From a virus: a DNA stretch of 64,000 nucleotides. The translations under genes were made by a program, and so were the position numbers. The DNA lies in the IMG/VR virus record IMGVR_UViG_3300021961_000019. One strand, given 5' to 3'. Of the stretch, positions 21,149 to 30,622 are shown one piece after another. Each line of letters opens with the position of its first letter. Position 1 is the stretch's first letter. The notes under the pieces were generated by a model, which saw only the letters and a program-made list of their open reading frames with translations, was not told the origin of the DNA and made no database searches.

Positions 21149-22005
21149 ACATCACCTCTTAGTGCCATTCTAATCCCATCTTCCAAAGAAATCTTCGGCG
21201 TATAAAAACTCAACATTCTAGCATTATTAGATACTCTATACTGAACTCCAACTGGAGCATCTAAAATATGATTAACCTCTGGGGTGTATCCACGAATATC
21301 ACAAACAAGATCACAAAGTTGATTAAATGAAGTCGCCACTCCAGATCCAAGATTTACAGGAACTGTAATGTCCAAATTGATTGCCTCATCAACAGCGTCA
21401 ACAATATCACGAATGTGAATAAAATCACGAACCTGATTACCATCGCCCCAAATATCAAACGGGTTCATCAACCTATTTGCTCTATTGATGTATGAAGGAA
21501 ATGGATAATCCAAATCCTGATCTGTACCATAACCACTAAAGGGTCTGAATACGTGTGTCTTAATTCCCTCAGCACTCAGAAACTGAAGTAGAAACTCCCC
21601 AGTAAGTTTTGCCCATCCATAGGTCATATCGGGGTTACTTACATTTGACAGATCTATATCATTCTCAACCAACTGATATTTTCCCACTTGGAGTTTTGTG
21701 GGATACGCAGCAGATGACGAAAAATAGACAATTCTTCCTGGTTTGGTTCTAAGTGCCCAATTGCACATCTCAGAATCAATCGACAGGTCTGTGGCAACAG
21801 ATAGAGGATCTTTGTCGATTGTTTGTCGTCCACCAACAATTGCAGCAAGGTGAACAACCAGATCGAACTTATCCTCAGAAGTTTTAAAGAAATCTCTACA
21901 ATCATTTCCATCTTTCAGATCAATACCAACAATATCATGATCTGCATATTTCATCATAAAGTATTTTCCAACAAATCCTTTATGACCAGTAATTAATATT
22001 TTCAT
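21145..22005 (-). CDS. NAD-dependent epimerase/dehydratase
   Basis: TGHKGFVG, SSSAAYP, YGWAK, WGDGNQVRDFIH. Confidence 0.88.
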   Translation of the reverse strand: MKILITGHKGFVGKYFMMKYADHDIVGIDLKDGNDCRDFFKTSEDKFDLVVHLAAIVGGRQTIDKDPLSVATDLSIDSEMCNWALRTKPGRIVYFSSSAAYPTKLQVGKYQLVENDIDLSNVSNPDMTYGWAKLTGEFLLQFLSAEGIKTHVFRPFSGYGTDQDLDYPFPSYINRANRLMNPFDIWGDGNQVRDFIHIRDIVDAVDEAINLDITVPVNLGSGVATSFNQLCDLVCDIRGYTPEVNHILDAPVGVQYRVSNNARMLSFYTPKISLEDGIRMALRGDV

Positions 22006-22889
22006 TACAATTTAATCCAAGAATCGGGACATACATCAGAGTGATCAAGAGTGTTTAAAGATCCACCCCACTTATCTTTATTGGGACATACAATAGGTCT
22101 TGTCCTATTCTCCTGTAACCAGGCACCCCACCAACTGAACGAACTATTACTAATTATACCACCATTACAGAGAGACATCAAGCATAAGTCATTATAAGGA
22201 ACTAATGCACTCTGTTCATATCCTTGGTTTTTAATAAATGAATTCGTTGGAAGTCTATCGTCCGTCTCAGAAAAATAAAATCTGTCGGAATCAAACATAG
22301 ATTGGGCTTTGCACCATTCTATATCATCCGAAAATATTAGAACAGGAATTTCCCTATCAAAATAAGATAATGCCTCACCAAAATAATCTAATGGCAAATT
22401 GTAGTGATGTTGTGGACGTTTGACAAAATCACCTCTCCTAACATGAAGAAACATGGGAGTTTGCTCCAAAGAATCAATCAACTCCTTACATTCACCATAT
22501 ATGTCATCTACAAATTGAAAGTCTCTACGAACATCACTTTCAATATGTTTAAACCACTTCTCCGATTGAAAAAACCCACAGATTGTCACATTATCAGGAC
22601 ACTCATCCATAAATTCTTGATTGTATTGAAATGTTGTAGAATGGCATGGATCGTCAGAAGTTCGATGTCTATATGTGTAAGTTCCAATATACCCAACATT
22701 TTTTGTGCCGGACAATTGAAAGACTTCGTGAAGAAGATAATTGGACACCCTAGTATCATCGTTTGGGGGAATGCAATACTCATATCCATGATATGCTGCA
22801 ATACCCTTTAAGGCAGCATACTGAAACATAGTATTGCCCAACCACCCCTTTCTACCAAGTTCATCAAATCCAATCATAATCAATCCCAC
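22005..22889 (-). CDS. glycosyltransferase family 11 (alpha-1,2-fucosyltransferase-like)
   Basis: GWLGNTMFQYA, FFQSEKWF, LHVRRGDF, FSDD, NSSFSWWGAWL. Confidence 0.92.
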   Translation of the reverse strand: MGLIMIGFDELGRKGWLGNTMFQYAALKGIAAYHGYEYCIPPNDDTRVSNYLLHEVFQLSGTKNVGYIGTYTYRHRTSDDPCHSTTFQYNQEFMDECPDNVTICGFFQSEKWFKHIESDVRRDFQFVDDIYGECKELIDSLEQTPMFLHVRRGDFVKRPQHHYNLPLDYFGEALSYFDREIPVLIFSDDIEWCKAQSMFDSDRFYFSETDDRLPTNSFIKNQGYEQSALVPYNDLCLMSLCNGGIISNSSFSWWGAWLQENRTRPIVCPNKDKWGGSLNTLDHSDVCPDSWIKL

Positions 22890-22902
22890 AAAACATCAAA
22901 TT

Positions 22903-23895
22903 TTATTTACCTTTTTCCGCATTTTTTCGTCTTAGATTTTCTCTTAATGCATTTGCTCTATCCTGAGAGGCAAGAAATTCTGACCTTCTCCTCATTTTAT
23001 CTTCTAATTCTTTTTCTTCTGGTGTCATAATTCTTTCGGGCAATATTAATGGAAATATATTTCTATACCAAATTGGATCATTTTTCCACGGAAGCCAAAT
23101 TACATTTTGCTTGCGATTCTTACTATAATATAACCTAGAGAAATTATTTAGGTTTGATGCCCTAATCAATAAATTGTCACATAGACTCAACATATACATC
23201 TCTAAGAATGAATCTTGCCAATATCTTCTTTGTGTGAAATTTTGAAGGTGAAATGCACTACTATCTTCACCCCATCCCCGAACCCTATTACTTAGATTTG
23301 GAAGAAAAGAAACCTTATATTTCGTTCCAAAATTTTCTACTATTTCGTCTATTGATTCCTGATTATCCGATGCAACAAATATATTTACATCATCAATCCC
23401 ATCTCTTTTCATAATCGAAAGTGTGTATTTAAGCATGGCATCATAATGCATAAAATCCCACGTGCCCAATCTTTTGTGTGCATATAGCATATCAGTTGCT
23501 CTGATATGAACACCTACTGATGGAATAGAATCGGAAACTAAATGGGAGTGTTCATTTATCAAAGACTTCATTTCCGCATTCAATTTCATCGCCTTAGCAA
23601 TGTTTGACATTTGCAAAAATTTATCAGAGTTTTCTATCTGATGATTCATATCAAAAGATGGATAGACCTTAGCAGAAATTCTTTGAAAAAAATTTGGATC
23701 CAAAACCGGCATTCCATACCATTCAGGTTCCTCTAAAATATAATAGAATGGATTTTCTCCATCAACATTAATTGCACGTTCATCAATGCATTTTAAATAA
23801 TAATCTTCATGAACTCCAATCTCATGAAGATTTTCTACTGCGATAATGAATTTACTGAATACCCCACCACCACCTACTAGTAGTTCTGTATTCAT
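22903..23895 (-). CDS. putative fucosyltransferase-like GT (NodZ/O-FucT-like)
   Basis: VGVHIRATD, IFVASDN, EMYMLSLCD motifs. Confidence 0.6.
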   Translation of the reverse strand: MNTELLVGGGGVFSKFIIAVENLHEIGVHEDYYLKCIDERAINVDGENPFYYILEEPEWYGMPVLDPNFFQRISAKVYPSFDMNHQIENSDKFLQMSNIAKAMKLNAEMKSLINEHSHLVSDSIPSVGVHIRATDMLYAHKRLGTWDFMHYDAMLKYTLSIMKRDGIDDVNIFVASDNQESIDEIVENFGTKYKVSFLPNLSNRVRGWGEDSSAFHLQNFTQRRYWQDSFLEMYMLSLCDNLLIRASNLNNFSRLYYSKNRKQNVIWLPWKNDPIWYRNIFPLILPERIMTPEEKELEDKMRRRSEFLASQDRANALRENLRRKNAEKGK

Positions 23896-23921
23896 ATTTT
23901 TTATGGATATCTTGTGATTAT

Positions 23922-24887
23922 TTAGATCCTATTCATCCATACGGTAATCATCTCATCAATCATGCTGTTGAAGGTATACTTTGGATCCCAACCAAGAACC
24001 TCACGAATTTCATGAGAATCTCCACGAAGATACTTAAGTTCTTCTGCTCTCATGTAAATCGGATTCTGTACAACATAATCTTGATAGTTCAAGTCAAGAG
24101 CAGTAAAGACGTATTCACACAATTCCCTTACTGTCCGCGTTTCGCCAGTTGCAACAACCCAATCTCTAGGAGTTTCATGAGTCAAGAGAAGATGCATGGC
24201 GCGAACATAATCATAAGAATGTCCCCAATCACGACTGGAATCCATATTTCCCAGTTCAAGTTTATCACGAAGACCCTTCTTAATCTCAACAGCACCCTTC
24301 ACAACTTTATGCGTTACAAAGTTTGTTCCTCTACGTGGAGATTCGTGATTAAACAGAATTCCATTACACGCATGAAGTTTATAAGCATTACGATAGTGAC
24401 GGGTAAGATTATATCCCATCACCTTGGAACATCCATATGGACTAACTGGATTCATAGGAGTTGTCAGTCGTTGACATCCATCCTCATCCACAGAATTACC
24501 AAACATCTCTGAAGAACTTGCCTGATAGAATTTTGCATCAGGAACAACTGTGCGATACGCTTCTAGCATATTCAACACACCAAGAGAATTTGTCTTAATA
24601 GTAAATGACGGGACATCAAAACTAACCCGCACATGACTCATGGCAGCGAGATTATAGATCTCATCTGGTTGAACCTTTTCAACAACACGATAAAGAGAGT
24701 GCTCATCCAGAAGATCCGCATAGTGGCGATGGAGATTTCCATCAATATGACCAAGACGTGAACTCTGGTTTTCTGCTACGGATTGGCGACGAACTATTCC
24801 ATGAACTTCATATCCAAGTTCCAAAAGGTGTTCAGCAAGATACGAACCATCCTGCCCAGTAATTCCAGTAATTAATGCTCTTTTCAC
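23922..24887 (-). CDS. gmd: GDP-mannose 4,6-dehydratase
   Basis: GITGQDGSYLAE, LAAMSHV, QASSSEMFG, SPYGCSK, NHESPRRG. Confidence 0.95.
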   Translation of the reverse strand: MKRALITGITGQDGSYLAEHLLELGYEVHGIVRRQSVAENQSSRLGHIDGNLHRHYADLLDEHSLYRVVEKVQPDEIYNLAAMSHVRVSFDVPSFTIKTNSLGVLNMLEAYRTVVPDAKFYQASSSEMFGNSVDEDGCQRLTTPMNPVSPYGCSKVMGYNLTRHYRNAYKLHACNGILFNHESPRRGTNFVTHKVVKGAVEIKKGLRDKLELGNMDSSRDWGHSYDYVRAMHLLLTHETPRDWVVATGETRTVRELCEYVFTALDLNYQDYVVQNPIYMRAEELKYLRGDSHEIREVLGWDPKYTFNSMIDEMITVWMNRI

Positions 24888-25477
24888 TTATTAAAAACCT
24901 CCATGTTTCTAAGATCAGGATAATCCGATGTATCCCACCGTCTAGGTTCTGTTGCAATTGCTTGCGGCAATTTATCCAATCCAAGTTGAGCAGTTTCTGG
25001 GGTCATGTAATAGTGATGCCCCATCATTTTAATATCCTGCTGTCGCCATGGACTCCCCCTCATTCTACCATCATATGAGAAAGGTTCCAAATAATCCCTA
25101 GTTTCTTTATTATCCAGAAGAATCATTCCACCTCTACCCAAACTTAGGTGCTTCTGGAACTGAAAACTAAGGCACATATAAGTGCCAGGAATATAACTAT
25201 CGCGCTGCCAAAGGACAGCGGCATCAATAATGTTGGTATGCCCAAGATAGTAATAATCTTTCCAGTCATCCTCACGCCAAGACCATTCAATCCCAAGTTT
25301 AATGGGAAGGAATGGCACGGAAATATAAGTGTGAGCAGGAACAGTAATCTTTCCATACCCCTCATACCTCAGACACAATTCTAAAGCATGTGTGCAAGAA
25401 TCAACTGCCAAAGCATGAGGAGCGCCAAAAAATTCTGCTACTTGATTCTCAAGTTCAGTTACTGCATCAAACGACAT
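24884..25477 (-). CDS. DegT/DnrJ/EryC1/StrS-family aminotransferase, short form
   Basis: AVDSCTHAL, PAHTY, SFQFQKHL (PLP lysine), GRGGMI; only 197 aa. Confidence 0.8.
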   Translation of the reverse strand: MSFDAVTELENQVAEFFGAPHALAVDSCTHALELCLRYEGYGKITVPAHTYISVPFLPIKLGIEWSWREDDWKDYYYLGHTNIIDAAVLWQRDSYIPGTYMCLSFQFQKHLSLGRGGMILLDNKETRDYLEPFSYDGRMRGSPWRQQDIKMMGHHYYMTPETAQLGLDKLPQAIATEPRRWDTSDYPDLRNMEVFNK

Positions 25478-26057
25478 TATTCAGATCCTCCAAATATTGT
25501 GCTTCGAGTTCAAGCATTTTTTTAGATCTGTTCTTAAGTTTCTTCACAGGAGAACCAAAATAAACTCCCCATTCATCTAAACTCTTAGTTACTAAAGACA
25601 TCGCACCAACAGATGCTCCCTCCCCGATCTTCACGCCAGGAAGAACTACGCTAGAAGAACCAATAATAACATGTCTTCCAATATGAATTGGTTTAATAAT
25701 CTCTGTCTTATACTTGGACGGCACTGTTGGATTTGTTAGGCATTTTCCACTATAATCGTCCGAACCACTATAGAGTTTCACACCATGGGACAATCCACTA
25801 AAATCCTCCATAACAATTCCGCCGTGAGATGCGATCAAACAGTATGCAGCGATATGAATATTTGATCCCACAACCAATTTGCCGCGTGTTGATGTGATTG
25901 TTGTATATCCATCGATTCTAACATTATTACCGATAGAAATATTATTCAGACCAACAATTGTCGCATCTTTGCTAATGAGAACGTTCTTCCCAATACTCGC
26001 AAATCCAGCATCTAGAAGATCATTTTCAGTATAATATCCGTTGTTAAACATGCCCAT
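25467..26057 (-). CDS. left-handed beta-helix O/N-acetyltransferase
   Basis: Hexapeptide repeats (IGKNV, IGNNV, IGRHV, IGEGA), GSPVK. Confidence 0.9.
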   Translation of the reverse strand: MGMFNNGYYTENDLLDAGFASIGKNVLISKDATIVGLNNISIGNNVRIDGYTTITSTRGKLVVGSNIHIAAYCLIASHGGIVMEDFSGLSHGVKLYSGSDDYSGKCLTNPTVPSKYKTEIIKPIHIGRHVIIGSSSVVLPGVKIGEGASVGAMSLVTKSLDEWGVYFGSPVKKLKNRSKKMLELEAQYLEDLNNVV

Positions 26058-26232
26058 TCATCAAGTCCCCCTTCAAAATTTCAATCTTAATAAGTAATAG
26101 TGTTTTTGTGGTTTCGCGAAGAAACTGTTTCTGCTCTCTACCCAAATTATATCGCATACTCCAAAAATGTGCAACAATTTCAAGTAACTGATTTACTTGA
26201 GTAGTATCCAACCCGGAGTGCGATTTTTCCAT
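26044..26232 (-). CDS. hypothetical protein
   Basis: 62 aa ORF filling the gap between the cupin and acetyltransferase genes. Confidence 0.4.
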   Translation of the reverse strand: MEKSHSGLDTTQVNQLLEIVAHFWSMRYNLGREQKQFLRETTKTLLLIKIEILKGDLMNGHV

Positions 26233-26233
26233 A

Positions 26234-26656
26234 TCAATTTAGAAATACCTTATCAAACTCAACACCTTGATACGGTCCTGTCTTATATTCATACACAACC
26301 GTATCATCTTCTAAAATATCATATGTATGTCCACCTTCGAACGTCATAGAGCAATCCCCGCGATGTAGAATATGACTCTCAAGTAACTGATCGTCAACAT
26401 CATACATATGAACCCTAACAGATCCTTGAATCACCACCCACGACTCCTGCGCTATTGTCTGATCAACACCAGGGACCTTTTTCCAAATGTGTTTGTGTGC
26501 TCGGAAAGTTTTCCCAGCATCCATCTTCAAAGTTGCTAATTGAAGGAATTCGTGATCTGGGGCAACATTTGTCCTTTCAGTAATCTCATCAAATCGATTA
26601 ATCAAATGAAGAAGCAGACCTTCTTGTACTTTTGAATAAACGTGGTGCATACTCAT
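26234..26656 (-). CDS. cupin-fold protein (WbuC-like sugar-nucleotide enzyme)
   Basis: AHKH...QESWVVIQG...GGHTY...EYKTGPY. Confidence 0.8.
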   Translation of the reverse strand: MSMHHVYSKVQEGLLLHLINRFDEITERTNVAPDHEFLQLATLKMDAGKTFRAHKHIWKKVPGVDQTIAQESWVVIQGSVRVHMYDVDDQLLESHILHRGDCSMTFEGGHTYDILEDDTVVYEYKTGPYQGVEFDKVFLN

Positions 26657-27459
26657 TCACCTCTTTTAGTACCATAAATGATGACATTAGGTGCTCCATG
26701 AGCAGAGTCATCTTCAATTTCAAGTTCAAAATATTTGGACGCTAGATCAATAAATCCATCAGAATTAATATTTCCCTTGGTGAAATTATTATACACCATG
26801 TAAATTCTTTCTGCATGTACAATAACGTCATTAAAGTAATGCATTTGAATTTCTTCACTACACTCAGAGAATGCATAATTGCTGATTACAAGATCCGCAC
26901 CAACAACCTCATCCAACTCAAAGCACGAAAGTTGTGAGGTTCTTCCTTCAAGATCGGGGAACTGTCCCAAATATTTGTTTGATAGTCCATTCACATCCGG
27001 CAAATCAACAATAAGATACTGATCATAATCTACAAATGAACTTAGAACCTTGCAAAGACCACCATACCCACCACCAATCTCAACAATATTATCCAGATCA
27101 GAAACTTGATCTCCAACAAAGTTAAGAATATCTAAAGAATTTTTAATGTATCTAATTGTTGATGGGGATATTTCTCCAAATTTATCATATGAGAAAATCT
27201 CAGCATTTCCATAAAGATCATTCTCTTTGCATTTCTGCAATTGATCCTCAGTAATGAGACTGGGATTTTTCATCTGATCAACTAAGATCAATCCACCCTC
27301 ATATGTTGCATGTTCCAAAATGACACGATAACTAGGATCACGTTTGAAATTAGCAAATCTCTGTTCATTGGCGCAGAAATTTCTACATGCTGCCAGATAA
27401 TTTGTAATGTCCTGCTCAGGAACATTCCATTCACAATAACCCATCAAATCCTCTCCCAT
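26653..27459 (-). CDS. putative sugar O-methyltransferase
   Basis: STIRY, IVEIGGGYGGL, IVDL, ISNYAFSEC. Confidence 0.85.
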   Translation of the reverse strand: MGEDLMGYCEWNVPEQDITNYLAACRNFCANEQRFANFKRDPSYRVILEHATYEGGLILVDQMKNPSLITEDQLQKCKENDLYGNAEIFSYDKFGEISPSTIRYIKNSLDILNFVGDQVSDLDNIVEIGGGYGGLCKVLSSFVDYDQYLIVDLPDVNGLSNKYLGQFPDLEGRTSQLSCFELDEVVGADLVISNYAFSECSEEIQMHYFNDVIVHAERIYMVYNNFTKGNINSDGFIDLASKYFELEIEDDSAHGAPNVIIYGTKRGE

Positions 27460-28298
27460 TCAGTAGGTATTAAATCCTTAGTGTCCTTATCCGCATAAGC
27501 AGAACCGAACCACATTTTTGGTGCAATAACTTTTTTATTTGGATTGGCGATCAACCATGCCCCCCACCAACTCATGCTGCTATTAGCAATTATAGCATGA
27601 TCGCACAGAGACATCAAGCACAGATCCACATACGGAACCAATGCACCATCATCATAGACATGTTCCGGTTCGGAGAAAAGAAACCTATCCGGAGCAAAGA
27701 ACTCCTGCTCCTTACACCAATCAATTGCATCAGAGAATACGATGATTGGCATATCTTCAGGGAACCTCTTTAATGCTTCCTCATAGTATTCAAGAGGTTG
27801 CACAGGATGCTGATCTTGAATATTGACATACGCCCACTTAAATCCTCTTTTATCAGCAAGGTTAGGATCTCCCCGGCGAACATGAAGGAAGGCAACTTCT
27901 TGCCCCTCAAACTCACTCATGAATTCCTTACATGGTTCCAACCATTCACTCCGAAAAACAAAGTCCTTGCGAAGATCTTCTTCAACATGTTTGAAGTATT
28001 TTTCGGATTGGAAGAAACCACAGATGTTCACACCATCTGGGCAGGTGTTGAACAGTTCCTCATCAAAGTGATAATGCCTTTCCTGAACGGTATTTTGATT
28101 TCTCAACCAAGCAACATTCCCGTTTGTAGTGAGTTCAAATGCTTCAAGCAATCCATAGTTATCAATTTGAAGATTTGGATCGTATGAAGGAATTGTATAA
28201 TCAAATCCCCGATGAGCAGCAATTCCCTTCAGGGCAGCATATTGGAACATTTGATTTCCCAAACGTCCCATCCTTCCAATATTATTAAACCCAAGCAT
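27444..28298 (-). CDS. glycosyltransferase family 11 (alpha-1,2-fucosyltransferase-like), second copy
   Basis: GRLGNQMFQYA, LHVRRGD, NSSMSWWGAWL. Confidence 0.92.
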   Translation of the reverse strand: MLGFNNIGRMGRLGNQMFQYAALKGIAAHRGFDYTIPSYDPNLQIDNYGLLEAFELTTNGNVAWLRNQNTVQERHYHFDEELFNTCPDGVNICGFFQSEKYFKHVEEDLRKDFVFRSEWLEPCKEFMSEFEGQEVAFLHVRRGDPNLADKRGFKWAYVNIQDQHPVQPLEYYEEALKRFPEDMPIIVFSDAIDWCKEQEFFAPDRFLFSEPEHVYDDGALVPYVDLCLMSLCDHAIIANSSMSWWGAWLIANPNKKVIAPKMWFGSAYADKDTKDLIPTEWERI

Positions 28299-29142
28299 GT
28301 TTCATTTCCTCAAATACTCTTGCAATTCCCTTATCGATTGGAGTTTTGGGCATCCACCAACCAGTTATATAAGTGTCTGCTTCATTCCTCTTATCCATCT
28401 GAACACTATCCTTGGCAATTCCAGGTTTGATCTTAACGTCATAATGACCAATCAAATTAAATTGACCTTGAATAATTTCAGCAATTTCTTTAATAGAAGT
28501 TGACCTGAAAGATGTGATATGAAGAGGATCTTCGGGTTTAAAGTCTGTATAATGTTCCATAACAGTCTCTAGACCTTCACAACAATCTTCTGCATACAAG
28601 AACTGACGCTCTTCTGTTCCGTCAGTCATCATTTCAAATTCACGCTCTTCAAATCCCCTACGAATAAAGTCGGTAATTACATGAGACTTTTCAAGATCCT
28701 TTTCAATGCCATACACGTTCCAGAACTTAACAATTAATCCTTTAAGATTAGTTGTATAAAGTTCACCAACTCTCTTCATCACACCATATGGAGAGTAACT
28801 CATATTACTCATCTGGGATGATGCAAAGATAAATCTCTTTCTATGCTTTTCAAGCAAACCAAATACGTTTGCCATCATGCGAGTATTGTTGTCAATGAAC
28901 TGGAATGTGTGTTGATACTTTTTCAAGTAGCGAGAACCACCAACATCAAAGGCAAGAAAGAATACGAAATCAGAATCCATAATCCTTTCCTCAAGAAGAG
29001 GATTTGGAATCATTCGTAGATCTTCATGAGGATTATTTACCAGATCAAATTCATAAACGTAGTGCCCCTTCTTTCTAAGGTATTCAACAAGATAGGCACC
29101 AATCTGTCCAGAAGAACCTAATACTGTAATTTTCATATTCAA
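28285..29142 (-). CDS. NAD-dependent epimerase/dehydratase
   Basis: GSSGQIG, ASSQM, YGVMK, FWNVYG. Confidence 0.85.
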   Translation of the reverse strand: MNMKITVLGSSGQIGAYLVEYLRKKGHYVYEFDLVNNPHEDLRMIPNPLLEERIMDSDFVFFLAFDVGGSRYLKKYQHTFQFIDNNTRMMANVFGLLEKHRKRFIFASSQMSNMSYSPYGVMKRVGELYTTNLKGLIVKFWNVYGIEKDLEKSHVITDFIRRGFEEREFEMMTDGTEERQFLYAEDCCEGLETVMEHYTDFKPEDPLHITSFRSTSIKEIAEIIQGQFNLIGHYDVKIKPGIAKDSVQMDKRNEADTYITGWWMPKTPIDKGIARVFEEMKHAWV

Positions 29143-30201
29143 TCAATCCTTTGCAATTTGTTCAGAAATCCACTCATAGGTTCTGCGAATACCCTCTTGC
29201 AAACTCTGAGAGTAATCCCATCCCAGTTTTTCACGAATGAGATCATTATTTGAATTACGTCCACGAACACCCAGAGGTGCATCAAGTTTATGAACTTTGA
29301 TCACCACCTTGCGGGCAACTGTAGCGGCAATATCAACCAATTCGTTGATGGAGACCATCTCCTCAGATCCAATATTCACTGGACCAATAAAATCAGAATC
29401 CACCAACCGGCGGGTTGCTTCCACACACTCATCCACATACAGGAAGGATCGGGTCTGCAGACCGTCTCCCCAGACCTCCACAGCGCCCCCTGCATCGGGC
29501 AGATACGCGACCTTACGACAGATGGCAGCAGGTGCCTTCTCACGACCCCCCTGCCAGGTTCCCTCAGGTCCAAAGATGTTGTGATATCGTGCGACCCTCA
29601 CAGGAATGCCATGATTCTTATGATAAGCGAAATAAAGACGCTCGGAGAATAGTTTTTCCCATCCATACTCAGAATCAGGAGCAGCGGGGTATGCATCACC
29701 CTCACGCAACCCAGGATTCATCGGATCCATTTGTATATGCTCAGGATAAGCACATGCGGAAGATGAGTAGAAAATTTTGGTCTTATTTACGCTCTTCCAA
29801 TCATTCAATTCGCGAACAGATTCAAGCACATTCAGATTGATTGCGCAAGAATTATGCATAATTTCAGCATCGTTTTCGCCACTAAATACAAATCCAGCGC
29901 CACCCATATCGGCAGCAAACTGATAAATTTCATCAAAAGTATCAACATGTTTTGAAGGAACGAACTTGTAAAAATTGCCAAGATATCCTTTAAATTGAAC
30001 CACACGTTCAACCAAAGTCTTATCACGAAGATCACCAACTACAAACTCATTTGCGGCAGTTTCTGAAAATTCTGGTCGCTTCAAATCAACACCGCGAACC
30101 CAATATCCTTCGGATCGCAGTCTCTTTACCATGTGACTTCCAATAAATCCACCAGCACCAAGAACGAGTGCCGTCTTCTTATATTCACCCATAGAAACCA
30201 T
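29143..30201 (-). CDS. GDP-mannose 3',5'-epimerase-like SDR
   Basis: AADMGGAGF, SSSACAYP, YGWEK, GGREKAPAAICRK, WGDGLQTRSF. Confidence 0.85.
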   Translation of the reverse strand: MVSMGEYKKTALVLGAGGFIGSHMVKRLRSEGYWVRGVDLKRPEFSETAANEFVVGDLRDKTLVERVVQFKGYLGNFYKFVPSKHVDTFDEIYQFAADMGGAGFVFSGENDAEIMHNSCAINLNVLESVRELNDWKSVNKTKIFYSSSACAYPEHIQMDPMNPGLREGDAYPAAPDSEYGWEKLFSERLYFAYHKNHGIPVRVARYHNIFGPEGTWQGGREKAPAAICRKVAYLPDAGGAVEVWGDGLQTRSFLYVDECVEATRRLVDSDFIGPVNIGSEEMVSINELVDIAATVARKVVIKVHKLDAPLGVRGRNSNNDLIREKLGWDYSQSLQEGIRRTYEWISEQIAKD

Positions 30202-30218
30202 AGTATCTGTTCATATTT

Positions 30219-30247
30219 AGTATACAAAAAATGGGGGCAGTTGTCAA
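30219..30247 (-). promoter_or_regulatory. sigma70-type promoter TTGACA-N17-TATACT, overlapped by a late-type CTAAATA
   Basis: Near-consensus hexamers with 17 nt spacer upstream of the glycan island. Confidence 0.8.
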
Positions 30248-30254
30248 CCCCCAC

Positions 30255-30338
30255 CATCACTCAGTATTAGCTCGCCACCAATTCTTTGTCTGGAAATTGG
30301 AAACCAGGCGGGAGAGAGTCCCATCCGCACCAGGGCAA
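30255..30338 (-). ncRNA. wcaG-type RNA motif
   Basis: Two UGGUG elements, GCGG..GGGA/UCCC..CCGC stem, CCAAUU/AAUUGG hairpin with CUGG/CCAG pseudoknot; upstream of an epimerase gene; family recalled from memory. Confidence 0.75.
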
Positions 30339-30340
30339 GA

Positions 30341-30613
30341 TTATTGTCGTTCCGAGACAAAATTATTAATTGATTCTGCTTGATCAAGCACATCTTCCAA
30401 AGTTGGAAAACTTGGGTAATCCAACTTTACAACATTGTCTGGATCATCATTCCAGACACGTACAGTATCATACTCAATTGAAAACTGATCATTAAGCATT
30501 TCGTATGCTTGCTTGAATACTTCGAATCGAAGTTGATATGGTGTCATAATTTTACTCCTGTGTGTATGTGTGTTTAAAGGGTCATTGACTCCACCAGTTC
30601 TGTTATAGTCCAT
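30341..30613 (-). CDS. conserved T4-like phage hypothetical protein (likely start MTPYQLRFEVF)
   Basis: MTPYxLRxE...FP...A..I..FV pattern. Confidence 0.7.
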   Translation of the reverse strand: MDYNRTGGVNDPLNTHTHRSKIMTPYQLRFEVFKQAYEMLNDQFSIEYDTVRVWNDDPDNVVKLDYPSFPTLEDVLDQAESINNFVSERQ

Positions 30614-30622
30614 CCGTGACTA

